The position numbers were made by a program, and so were the translations under genes. A stretch of 64,000 bases of DNA from a virus (Duplodnaviria; Caudoviricetes), in the IMG/VR virus record IMGVR_UViG_3300047160_024814, positions 15,978-79,977 of that record; one strand, 5' to 3'. The notes below the pieces were generated by a model. That model made no database searches and had not been told where the DNA came from. It saw only the letters and a program-made list of their open reading frames with translations. How positions within the stretch are numbered: the first letter of the stretch is position 1; each line of letters starts with the position of its first letter. Shown here one piece after another: positions 35,127-44,395 of the stretch.

Positions 35127-35969
35127 ATGCCGGATTCCAGCGCTGTCAGTCTCGACAAGCGCACCCGCAACATAGAATTGTGCCGGGGTTGGACTCCCCG
35201 TTCATTGGTTGCGTTTTACGAAACGATCTATCAGGCGCAACGGTGGAAGTTCCTCGACTTCCTCTGGCCCTTCGCCATGGGGTTTTGTGACTGGCGCATC
35301 AACAAGCTGATGTTCATCGTCGGTCCCGGGGTTGGCAAATCGCAATTCCTTTCAGTGACCATACCAGCCTGGATGCTGGGTCACGATCCCGACATGACCA
35401 TCCTGGGTATCTCCGGTGGAGAGGCCTTGATGCAGGGCTTCCAGTCCGCGGTGATGGAGATCATCCAGGAGAGTCCAGTCTGGCGAGACGTTTTTCCGAT
35501 GATCACCCCCGACTACAAGCGCGGCTGGTCATTGATGAATGGCATGTACGTGACCGGGCGCAAATTCGGTAACCCGGATGCGTCCTACCTCGCCGCCGGC
35601 ATCAGCTCGAAATTCCTGACGGGCAAGCACGCCAAGCTGCTGGTGATCGACGACATTCACAACGAGGAAAACTCGGCGACCGCGGACGCCTGTGAACGGG
35701 TCGTGCAGCAATACGCCAAGACGATCCTGGGCCGGGCGGACCCACTGGGGGCACGGTTCATCATGGCCGGGCGCCGCTGGCACCTGGACGACATCTATGG
35801 CCAGCTGCAGGCCACCAATTCAGACTGGGTGGTGATCGTCATCCCGCACGAGCGAAAGGGCGCCAGGACCCTGTACGCCGACATCCATGTGCCGGACGGG
35901 CTCGACTGTGTGTTCACCGATCGGCGCTGCCAGCTGCCGGACGGCTCGTTCTGTTCGGCATTCGACTGA
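35127..35969 (+). CDS. Terminase large subunit, ATPase half
   Basis: GPGVGKS (Walker A), PAWMLG, LTGKHAKLLVIDD (Walker B), RRWHLDDIYGQL. Confidence 0.85.
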   Translation: MPDSSAVSLDKRTRNIELCRGWTPRSLVAFYETIYQAQRWKFLDFLWPFAMGFCDWRINKLMFIVGPGVGKSQFLSVTIPAWMLGHDPDMTILGISGGEALMQGFQSAVMEIIQESPVWRDVFPMITPDYKRGWSLMNGMYVTGRKFGNPDASYLAAGISSKFLTGKHAKLLVIDDIHNEENSATADACERVVQQYAKTILGRADPLGARFIMAGRRWHLDDIYGQLQATNSDWVVIVIPHERKGARTLYADIHVPDGLDCVFTDRRCQLPDGSFCSAFD

Positions 35970-36295
35970 TGGTGAAATGGCTGGTGAAACGCCGGGAAAA
36001 GCAACTCGCCAAGCTGTCCCGCCGGCAACAGATCTACACCACGGTGGCCCAGGAAGCTCTGCTGGCTGCCAGGATGATGCGGCGGCATGACGGTTTCGCT
36101 GAAGACTTCTGGATGCTCTACGATATCAGCGGCATTCTGTTCACTCTCAGCCAGTTGGATGAAAGTCCGGAGGCACACGCCCGGCTGAACGTGTTCCTGC
36201 ATCAGCTGCGCACCCTGCAGCTGCCGATCCGCGATCTCCACCCACCCAAGCCCGAGCCCGACCAACCCAGTCACATCCGATTGGTCAAATCCTGA
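35969..36295 (+). CDS. Hypothetical protein inserted between the terminase halves
   Basis: 108 aa; TGATG coupling on both sides. Confidence 0.6.
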   Translation: MVKWLVKRREKQLAKLSRRQQIYTTVAQEALLAARMMRRHDGFAEDFWMLYDISGILFTLSQLDESPEAHARLNVFLHQLRTLQLPIRDLHPPKPEPDQPSHIRLVKS

Positions 36296-37398
36296 TGCCC
36301 CAGGTTCGCTGGAGCTATGGTCAGGACCCTTCTGGACTCGGTTTTTTCTGCCCCCAATTACCGCAGAAACAGCGGGACTATTTCGCCCTGAAACTGCTGC
36401 GGCCGGCAGAAGCCGAGACCGTCTATCAATGCCGTCCCGGCGCCCGCATCGGCTCGATCTTCGTCCAGGCGGACTTCCGATACTTCGACCCGCCGCAAGG
36501 CCTGGAATATGGGATGGCGTCCCGCTACGTCCTCGCCTGGGTCAGGCAGCAGACCGGCTGGGTCGTCCAGGCCTGGGACACGGCACTCTCGGCGTCGAGC
36601 GACGCTGACTGGTCGGTCGGTGTCACCGGCCTGCTGGTGCCCTGTCAGCAGTTCCATCGTGACGTGGACGCAGCGATTCTTGGTGAGTGCGACCCCCACT
36701 ACGATGTGTACATTCTCGACATCCTGCGCGACCGGCTGGATATCGGCGACCTGGCCAATGCCATGCGGTCCTATTCGCTGAAATGGGCACCCGAGAAAAT
36801 TCTTATCGAAAAACGTGCTCACGGGTCCGCCGCCATTCAGGCCCTCTATAATTCCGGCCTTCCGGTCGAAGGTGTCGAGACCCATGAATCAAAGCGCGAT
36901 CGGGCCATCAACGGTGGCTCCGGTGCCGGCTCCGCTCAAGGCTGGTACCGCTCCGGCCGGGTCCAGCATCCAAAGCCTGACGCGATCAAGCTGCCATGGG
37001 TCCTGCCCATGGAACGTGAGCTGAAGGACTTCACGGGCGAGCGCGGCGGTGTGGATGACCAGACCGATGCAATCGTGCACCTGATCAATCATGCGATCGT
37101 CGAGGGCTCAAGCTCGCTGGTCTTCCCGAGCGGCTGGGGATCGATTGCTGATGTCGACCGGAATATGCGCTACGACCCCGCCGCGCCGTTCATAGAAATG
37201 GACCGGACGCCTGTGGAGAAGTTGGTGGAAGACGGGCTAGTCCTCGATCCGTTCGCGTATAACTGCGGGCGCTGCATGTCCTTCTATGAAGACAAGCGGC
37301 CGACCTGCCAGTTCCATCAGCGGATGGTCTCAGCACTGCATCCGGCCTGCGAAGCCTTCGACGATGGGTCCACCCTCACAAGCTTCCCGAGGTTCTGA
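36295..37398 (+). CDS. Terminase large subunit, RNase H-like nuclease half
   Basis: YQCRP, QAWDTA..DADWSV, YILDILR, ILIEKRAHG, SKRDRA, DDQTDA. Confidence 0.85.
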   Translation: MPQVRWSYGQDPSGLGFFCPQLPQKQRDYFALKLLRPAEAETVYQCRPGARIGSIFVQADFRYFDPPQGLEYGMASRYVLAWVRQQTGWVVQAWDTALSASSDADWSVGVTGLLVPCQQFHRDVDAAILGECDPHYDVYILDILRDRLDIGDLANAMRSYSLKWAPEKILIEKRAHGSAAIQALYNSGLPVEGVETHESKRDRAINGGSGAGSAQGWYRSGRVQHPKPDAIKLPWVLPMERELKDFTGERGGVDDQTDAIVHLINHAIVEGSSSLVFPSGWGSIADVDRNMRYDPAAPFIEMDRTPVEKLVEDGLVLDPFAYNCGRCMSFYEDKRPTCQFHQRMVSALHPACEAFDDGSTLTSFPRF

Positions 37399-39137
37399 TG
37401 GATGCGTTCACCACGCCGTACAATCCGAATGATGGCGAAGCCGGCGGCTTCCCAGTCTATCCGCATGTCTTCGACGTCGAGACCTATGCCAATTTCTTTT
37501 TGCAGAATACGCCTACGCAGTTCGAGACGTGGTGCAACAGCCAGGCGCTGGAGATCAACAGCCAGAAATCGAATGCCCTGGCAGCAAACGCGCTCTCCAA
37601 GGCGATTACCTTGCCACCGGAGATGCAGTCATTTGCCCGCTTCTCGCTGCTACCGGAAACTTACAATGGCGGCGTAGTCCAATGGCCCGGCATCCCGCCG
37701 GAAGCACTGCGCAAAACGATCCGCGACAATATCGCGCCACAGCTGATCGTCAATCAGCGGGTGGACGACGTGCTGAAATACAGCGAATTGTCGACCCATC
37801 CCTGGAAACCGGGTTGGCTGGTCAAATCCCGCGATCGATGGTTGCCGGAAACAGAACATGACAGCAAAGCCAACAACGACGACATCGCGGAGGCTCAGCG
37901 GTTTTTAGAAAACTGTGCCTTTGATAAACTAACGGCACGGGAACGCGACGCGCATAATATCGACGATTTCGCCACGTTTCTCGCCAAACTGGTACGTGAT
38001 TCACTGACCTATGATGGGATGGCGGTCTGGACCGACATGGACATGTCGGGCCGGGTCAAGGCCTTCAAGGCGATGTCGTCCTACAACATCCGGCTCTGTC
38101 TGCCGCAGGGCTACATGGGTGATCCGAAATTGTTTGCAGTCGGCGTGGATGAGGCCGGCAACGTCATCCATAGATTCACTCGCGATCAACTGGTGTTCTA
38201 TCACCGCAACCCACGGCCCGATGTCGATATTTCCGGCTACGGTTATCCAGAAATCGAGATGACCCTCCGGCTGATCCAAGGCTGGCAGAACATCATCGAC
38301 ATGAATTGCGACGTGTTCACCCGTAACGCCACGCCGCATGGCATGCTGCTGGTGAAAGGCGGCATGACCCAGAAGCAACTGGATATTCTCAGCCGCATCT
38401 GGATCAACATGAAACGCGGCATTACCAAAAGCTGGGCGCTGCCCGCGGTGCCGGTGCCGAAAGATGGTGATATCAGCCTGCTCGACCTTACCCGGCTGAA
38501 GGAAGGCGCCGACGTTCTTTATGGTGACTGGCTGAACATGCTGGCTGGCATGTTCTGCGCGATGTACCGCTTTCCAGTGCGCCGGCTTGGTTATCACATC
38601 TCAGGCCGGGCGAAGGACAACACGCCGCCGGAAACCCCGACGACCACAGCTCCCGGAATTGAAGATTACGATCCCTATATCTCGGTGCTGTTGCGGCATA
38701 TCGAACAGCTGATCAACGATTACATCGTTTGGACCCGCTGGCCGCATCTGAAATTCGAGTTCTCGGCGAAAAATCCCAAGGAAGACGCCCGCGCCTATGA
38801 GTCCCGGGTACTGGCCTGCACGGTCGATGAGCGCCGGGCTCTGTCGGACATGGCACCCTTGGAAACTCTCGGCAAAGAAGAGGACGAGAAACGCGCTTAC
38901 CGGCTGTTGGGCATGGCCCCGGTCGATCCAGCCATGGCGGGCGTTTATCAAACGATCATCCAAGGCCTGCAGCAGCAGAAGATGGCGGAGGATGGTCTGG
39001 TCGGACAGGGATCGGCCTCGCCACCCAAGACACCTGGTGCAAGTTTCACGTCGAAGAAAGATCCTGCCCGTGCCGAAGACCATGGCCACATGTCGGGCGT
39101 GCGACGCGACAGTGCGGCGGAAAGTGCACGAAAATGA
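37398..39137 (+). CDS. Portal protein
   Basis: LVRDSLTYDG, RNPRPD...GYGYPEIE, FTRNATPHGML; follows the terminase. Confidence 0.85.
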   Translation: MDAFTTPYNPNDGEAGGFPVYPHVFDVETYANFFLQNTPTQFETWCNSQALEINSQKSNALAANALSKAITLPPEMQSFARFSLLPETYNGGVVQWPGIPPEALRKTIRDNIAPQLIVNQRVDDVLKYSELSTHPWKPGWLVKSRDRWLPETEHDSKANNDDIAEAQRFLENCAFDKLTARERDAHNIDDFATFLAKLVRDSLTYDGMAVWTDMDMSGRVKAFKAMSSYNIRLCLPQGYMGDPKLFAVGVDEAGNVIHRFTRDQLVFYHRNPRPDVDISGYGYPEIEMTLRLIQGWQNIIDMNCDVFTRNATPHGMLLVKGGMTQKQLDILSRIWINMKRGITKSWALPAVPVPKDGDISLLDLTRLKEGADVLYGDWLNMLAGMFCAMYRFPVRRLGYHISGRAKDNTPPETPTTTAPGIEDYDPYISVLLRHIEQLINDYIVWTRWPHLKFEFSAKNPKEDARAYESRVLACTVDERRALSDMAPLETLGKEEDEKRAYRLLGMAPVDPAMAGVYQTIIQGLQQQKMAEDGLVGQGSASPPKTPGASFTSKKDPARAEDHGHMSGVRRDSAAESARK

Positions 39138-39652
39138 GCCGGTTCTGCACCGAATGCAAACAGATCCTGCCGAATACCGAGTTCTACTACTCGAACGGCA
39201 TCTACATGACGAAGTGCAAAAACTGTGTTTCCCTCAAGTACTCATTCGACAAGCGCAAACGCCGCGGCTTCAGCATCATCCCAGGGGAACCCGGTTTGCG
39301 GCGCTGTCTTGGCAAGTGCGGCCGAATCCTGCCCGCCGAGCACTTTGCCCTGCGCAACCAGAAAGACCGAAAAAACCAAGAAACCCGTCAAACCAGGTGC
39401 AGGGCATGTTTTCGGGAAACTTATGATTCTGGCGCAAAAGAACGCATCCCTTATTCACCAGACGGTTTCCGGGTCTGCGATGTCTGTCATCGTGATAAGC
39501 CCCGCCACTTGTACTGGCCGCATCGCCATGTCTGTATGGAATGCCAGACACTGGCACAGAGCGTCAGAAACCACGGTGAAATGATAACGGTTCATGAGGC
39601 TGTCGTGCGCGTCCGCAATGAAACCCGCGCCAGAAGGTTTGCGTCTATCTGA
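39134..39652 (+). CDS. Triple CxxC zinc-finger protein
   Basis: CTEC...CKNC, CLGKC...CRAC, CDVC...CMEC. Confidence 0.65.
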   Translation: MSRFCTECKQILPNTEFYYSNGIYMTKCKNCVSLKYSFDKRKRRGFSIIPGEPGLRRCLGKCGRILPAEHFALRNQKDRKNQETRQTRCRACFRETYDSGAKERIPYSPDGFRVCDVCHRDKPRHLYWPHRHVCMECQTLAQSVRNHGEMITVHEAVVRVRNETRARRFASI

Positions 39653-39672
39653 CAACAGAGGTCACTCCCCAG

Positions 39673-42600
39673 ATGATCCGCCGTTCTTTTCTCACGACAC
39701 CACCCAAGATCCTGTTTCAGAACAATGGTGAATTCGGTTCTGGTATTTATCGCATGCTGCTGCCGGCCTCCATGCTGCGGCGCCACGGGTATGTCACCGC
39801 GCAGGCGCATGGCAACCCTATCGTGCCCGATGCCTTGAGCGTGCTCGACCCGGATGCCGTGATATTTCAAATGTTTCAGACGGCACCCCAGCTGGCCCGG
39901 ATCAAAGAGTACCGTAAAACACTCAAACATACATTCTTTGTTTACGAGATCGACGATCTGTTCTGGGAAGTGCCGGAATCCTCCTGGCATGCCAAGACCA
40001 ATCCCTTGCTGCCCAATTCAAAAGCCAATATCCGCACCGCTGCCTGCCACTGCAATGCCATCACTGTCAGCACGCCTGAATTAGCTGAAGAGATGGTTAA
40101 GCTGACAGGCATCAAGGATGTGCGCGTGGCGCTCAATCACATCACCCAGACGATCATCAACGGAGCGCTCGCCGGCCGGCGGTCCTCCAACGCCATGCGC
40201 AGTGACCGGCCGCGCGTCGGTTGGGCCGGCGGTGTCGGGCATGAAGGTGATCTTCGTATCTTAACCGATGTCGTCAAGCAAACCCGGGATCATATCCAGT
40301 GGGTCTTCATGGGGATGGCCCCGCCAGGCGTCGAGCCGGAAAGCCTGGAAATCCATGTCGGTGTGCCATTCAACGACTATCCGGAATTCCTGGGGCGGCT
40401 CAATCTTGATATCGCGTTGGCACCGCTGGAGGATCTCGCATTCAATCAATGCAAATCTGATCTCCGTGTATTGGAATATGCCGCCGCGGGCTTCCCGGTC
40501 ATTGCCTCCAATATCGGCACCTATCGCCATTGCCCGGTCCGTACTGTCAAAAATGACTCCGATGCATGGCTGCAGGCGATCGATGATCTGCTGAACGATC
40601 CTGACCGTGCTGCCTATGGCGAATCACTGCATGAATGGGTCTGCAGCAAACGGCTGCTGGAACAGCATCTGCCTGATCGAGCACAAGCCTATCTGCCGAA
40701 GAACACCGAGATCTTCATTCCCAATGTGCGTGACCGATGTGCCGGACAAGTCATGCTGGTGTCACAGGATCAGCATGCTCTCGATTTGCCGCACTATCCC
40801 GATGTGGAGACGGCCTGGAAGGCCGCACCTGGGGCCGACATCCTGTTCGTGCGGGAAGCTACTGCTCTGGACGAGTCACAAGTCGCGCGCATCATCCATG
40901 CGCTTGACCGGAATGCGTCTGCCACACCCCTCTGTAACGACTGTGGCTATCCGCAATTGCGCAGCTTCCAGAAACTCCCGCCGACATTGGCTGTCAACAT
41001 CGATACCGCTGCCATCACGTCGGAGAACACCAGCATTTCCTGCCCTTACCCGAGTGGTCCTGTCACCCTGCTCTCGGGTCTCATGCTGTCGCAATTGGGC
41101 TTGCCCGACACATCGCGATTTGGCTCTGTCGAATATGCCTTTGCGGAGTGGGGCGCCCGCGCCATGGAATCCGGCAAGACGAATATCACGGTCGCCAACA
41201 CCTATGTGCATACTGACGCACCATTGCAGCAACCGGAAGACCGCGCCCGGCGGGTGCTTGAGCATATCTGCATGTGGTCGCCGGCCTTTGCGTCCGCAGT
41301 ACATGGTTATCAGGACGGCCCCGCACTCGCCGCGGTGATCGAAAATCTGGAAGTCACTTACAACAGCCTGTTTCATACATCGCCGTCCGTCGAGAACTAT
41401 GACGACTGGCAGAAAGTCTTCTACACGTTGTCTACCGCTGACCGGGAGGCCATGGAACAGGCGACCAAGTCCTGGGCCGACAAACCGCGGATCAACATCA
41501 TTCTTCCCGTTTACAATCCTCCTGTGCCGCATCTGCAGGAATGCATTGATAGCGTGCTGGCACAGGTGTACCCCCACTGGCATCTTTGCATCTGTGATGA
41601 CGCCTCCACCGATCCTGGCATCATTCTCACTTTGAATGAATACCTGCGAAAACATTCGGATCGCATCAGTCTGATCATGCGTGAAAAGAATGGCCACATC
41701 TGTGCTGCCAGCAATGACGCGTTGAAACTGGCACGAGATGGCTGGTGTGTCTTTCTCGACCATGATGACACACTGACACCCCAGGCGTTGTGGTTCATCG
41801 CCCAGGAGATCAACCAGCATCCCGACACCGAGTTCATTTATACCGACAGCGACAAGATCGGCCAGGACGGCAAATACCTGGCACCCTATTTCACCCCGGA
41901 CTTTTCCTACGAACTACTGTTGGCACAGAACTATGTCACGCATCTCTGCGCCTATCGCACAGCAACCGTCAAAGAGATCGGCGGCTTGCGTGAAGGGCTG
42001 GAAGGCTCGCAGGACTGGGACCTGGTGCTGCGGTATCTCGAACATACCTGCGGCAACCCACCTGATGAACGCCTGATCCGTCACATTCACCAGATCGGCT
42101 ACCATTGGCGCCAATCGGAAAACTCAACGTCCGGCAATATCATGGCTAAGCCCTACGCGTTCACGGCGGCGCGTCGAGCGGTGAGCGAGCATCTGCATCG
42201 CACCGAGCAGACCGCCTTTCTCGCACCAAATCCGGCCCTGCCGATCTTCTTGATGTCTCGCTTCCAGGTACCCCAACCGGAACCCACTGTCTCAATCATC
42301 ATCCCAACATCGGACAACCCGGAACAGCTCGATACCTGCGTCAAGAGCGTGTTGTCGAAAACCGTCTATCCGAACTACGAGATCGCGATCATCGATGGCG
42401 GTGTCAAACCCGTCATGATCCGCCACGAAAAAGTGCGGGTGATCCGCCATCATCAGATCCCCTTCAATTTTGCCGCGGTGAACAATTTTGCTGCCGAACG
42501 CAGCGCCGCCGAGTACCTCTGCTTCCTCAATGACGATACCGAAGTCATCGAGCAAGCATGGCTGATGGACATGATCGGCATGGCCCGCCGGCCTCGCGTT

Positions 42601-43524
42601 GGCGCGGTTGGTGCCAAGCTACTCTATCCGAACAACACCATCCAGCATTGTGGTGTACAGTTCAACCCGCATGCCGATCCGGGCCAGTGCGCCTTGCATA
42701 TGTGGCAACAAATGGGGGTCTATGACCCCGGACAGGTCGGGCGTGCGGTGATCTCGCAACCTGTGTTGGCGGTAACGGCTGCCTGCATGGTGATCCGCCG
42801 CTCGCTGTTCCAAGAGATCGGTGGCTTTGACACGAAGGACTTCCCGGTCGATTACAACGATGTGGATCTCTGCATCCGGCTGCATTGCGCCGGGTATCGC
42901 AACGTCGTTTGTGCGCAAGCCGTGCTGAAGCATGACGCGGGCTCGACCAAGCGTAAGGGCCGGTGGGATCGGGCACGCATGCTGGCGGCAGAACAGGTCC
43001 TGGCCGAGCGCTACCACGATGTCGTCGACCCTTACGTCAACCCGAACCTGTCCTGGTCGCCCCATCATCAACGGATTGTCGGGCATCCGAACAGCAAACC
43101 CTGGCGCACCGCGCTGACGATCCGGCGACTGCTGGTGAATGCCAGTGAGACCGATCTGCAGAACTGCTGGATCGACGGTGTCTTGCCCTTCTCTGCCCGT
43201 CTTGAGGGCCACTTCCTGATCTTCGACAAACCGGCCATGCCGAATGTGCGGCCAATAGATATACGGGGAACGACCGATGGACTCATTGAACTCCTCACGA
43301 AACTGGGAATCACCGACATCGAGTTCTGCGGCATCGGTGATGGGACCCTCGCCGCGACAGGTTACTTCTCGACGCTCCGTGAAACCGGTTGGCAAGTCCT
43401 CTGTCAGGAGGGCGCTGAGCGAAGAGGAAATGAGCATGGTTACTATCATCCGCTTGGTTGGCGAGCGGCCTGGGAAAGACTTACCAAGCCGCAATCTGAC
43501 TTCGCTACCACCGCCGCCGCTTAA
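39673..43524 (+). CDS. Multi-domain glycosyltransferase (GT-B/GT4-like N-terminus plus two GT2 domains)
   Basis: YEIDD, DIALAPL...CKSDLRVLEY; IILPVYN...CDDAS...FLDHDD...GSQDWDL; IIIPT...FLNDDTEV...YNDVDLC. Confidence 0.9.
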   Translation: MIRRSFLTTPPKILFQNNGEFGSGIYRMLLPASMLRRHGYVTAQAHGNPIVPDALSVLDPDAVIFQMFQTAPQLARIKEYRKTLKHTFFVYEIDDLFWEVPESSWHAKTNPLLPNSKANIRTAACHCNAITVSTPELAEEMVKLTGIKDVRVALNHITQTIINGALAGRRSSNAMRSDRPRVGWAGGVGHEGDLRILTDVVKQTRDHIQWVFMGMAPPGVEPESLEIHVGVPFNDYPEFLGRLNLDIALAPLEDLAFNQCKSDLRVLEYAAAGFPVIASNIGTYRHCPVRTVKNDSDAWLQAIDDLLNDPDRAAYGESLHEWVCSKRLLEQHLPDRAQAYLPKNTEIFIPNVRDRCAGQVMLVSQDQHALDLPHYPDVETAWKAAPGADILFVREATALDESQVARIIHALDRNASATPLCNDCGYPQLRSFQKLPPTLAVNIDTAAITSENTSISCPYPSGPVTLLSGLMLSQLGLPDTSRFGSVEYAFAEWGARAMESGKTNITVANTYVHTDAPLQQPEDRARRVLEHICMWSPAFASAVHGYQDGPALAAVIENLEVTYNSLFHTSPSVENYDDWQKVFYTLSTADREAMEQATKSWADKPRINIILPVYNPPVPHLQECIDSVLAQVYPHWHLCICDDASTDPGIILTLNEYLRKHSDRISLIMREKNGHICAASNDALKLARDGWCVFLDHDDTLTPQALWFIAQEINQHPDTEFIYTDSDKIGQDGKYLAPYFTPDFSYELLLAQNYVTHLCAYRTATVKEIGGLREGLEGSQDWDLVLRYLEHTCGNPPDERLIRHIHQIGYHWRQSENSTSGNIMAKPYAFTAARRAVSEHLHRTEQTAFLAPNPALPIFLMSRFQVPQPEPTVSIIIPTSDNPEQLDTCVKSVLSKTVYPNYEIAIIDGGVKPVMIRHEKVRVIRHHQIPFNFAAVNNFAAERSAAEYLCFLNDDTEVIEQAWLMDMIGMARRPRVGAVGAKLLYPNNTIQHCGVQFNPHADPGQCALHMWQQMGVYDPGQVGRAVISQPVLAVTAACMVIRRSLFQEIGGFDTKDFPVDYNDVDLCIRLHCAGYRNVVCAQAVLKHDAGSTKRKGRWDRARMLAAEQVLAERYHDVVDPYVNPNLSWSPHHQRIVGHPNSKPWRTALTIRRLLVNASETDLQNCWIDGVLPFSARLEGHFLIFDKPAMPNVRPIDIRGTTDGLIELLTKLGITDIEFCGIGDGTLAATGYFSTLRETGWQVLCQEGAERRGNEHGYYHPLGWRAAWERLTKPQSDFATTAAA

Positions 43525-43543
43525 GCATTTCAACTATGACGAA

Positions 43544-43963
43544 TTGGCAGTTAAATGTTGCTGTTCGCTTTGCGTCCAGGTCAAAAACTTTGCCGAGTTT
43601 TGGGAGTCGAACCGCTTCACCCAGAACTGGCATGATCCGAATTGCGGTTGTGAAAACTGCCTGGACAGCCATGAAGCCCATATCGCCTATCGCGCAGCAC
43701 AGTCACGCTACATCATCTACAGTGAATTATCCTACCTCGTACATGAACACCGCCGCGGTGAACTGTTCCTAAACTGGTTGTTCAACAAGATGGCGGACAT
43801 CACTTACAAGCCTGATCGCTGGTGGGCACTGCCGGCTGGTGCCCGCACCTGCATCTCCTGGCTGCTCGAATGGCAGCACGAGACACTGCCCCGTGCGCTG
43901 TGGGCGGTGTCAGGGCTGGTGTGGCTGGACGAGATGGGGGAAAGACACCCCAGCCGGTTTTAG
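43544..43963 (+). CDS. Possible Cys-rich hypothetical protein
   Basis: Open frame with CCCSLC and HDPNCGCENC; start uncertain. Confidence 0.3.
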   Translation: MAVKCCCSLCVQVKNFAEFWESNRFTQNWHDPNCGCENCLDSHEAHIAYRAAQSRYIIYSELSYLVHEHRRGELFLNWLFNKMADITYKPDRWWALPAGARTCISWLLEWQHETLPRALWAVSGLVWLDEMGERHPSRF

Positions 43964-44391
43964 CCGACGATGACCACCCCCGAGACCATGCCGGACGTCT
44001 GGCTGACCACATCGATCGTGTAAAGTGGCACGACGGGCAACGAGACGGTGCGCGAGAGAGTTTGATGCTTGATCTGCGATACCACATCAAACCGCACATC
44101 GTAGGTAAACCACGCCGTGCCGCCCGAGGCCAGCGTGGTGATAACGCTGCCCTCGATCCATACTGCCGTCAGCCTGAATGAATCATCAGGATTGTTCGGC
44201 TCCCACACCGCCTGCACTGACTGGGCATTGTCGCCAATGCTCAGCAGCCAGCTCGACACGTCGAGCGAGTAATCGATATTCGCGTCATGTGGGTCTTTCG
44301 ATGGCCAGTAGAGCGGCCAGGACGACCCACCCATGCCGAAATACTCCGGCAGGAACACAGTACGGCTCGTCGCAGGACAGACTAAAGTCAT
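43960..44391 (-). CDS. Phage fiber-tail adaptor-like protein
   Basis: KDPHDANIDYSLDVSSWL...LASGGT...Y.V...RTVSLPV. Confidence 0.6.
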   Translation of the reverse strand: MTLVCPATSRTVFLPEYFGMGGSSWPLYWPSKDPHDANIDYSLDVSSWLLSIGDNAQSVQAVWEPNNPDDSFRLTAVWIEGSVITTLASGGTAWFTYDVRFDVVSQIKHQTLSRTVSLPVVPLYTIDVVSQTSGMVSGVVIVG

Positions 44392-44395
44392 GCCC

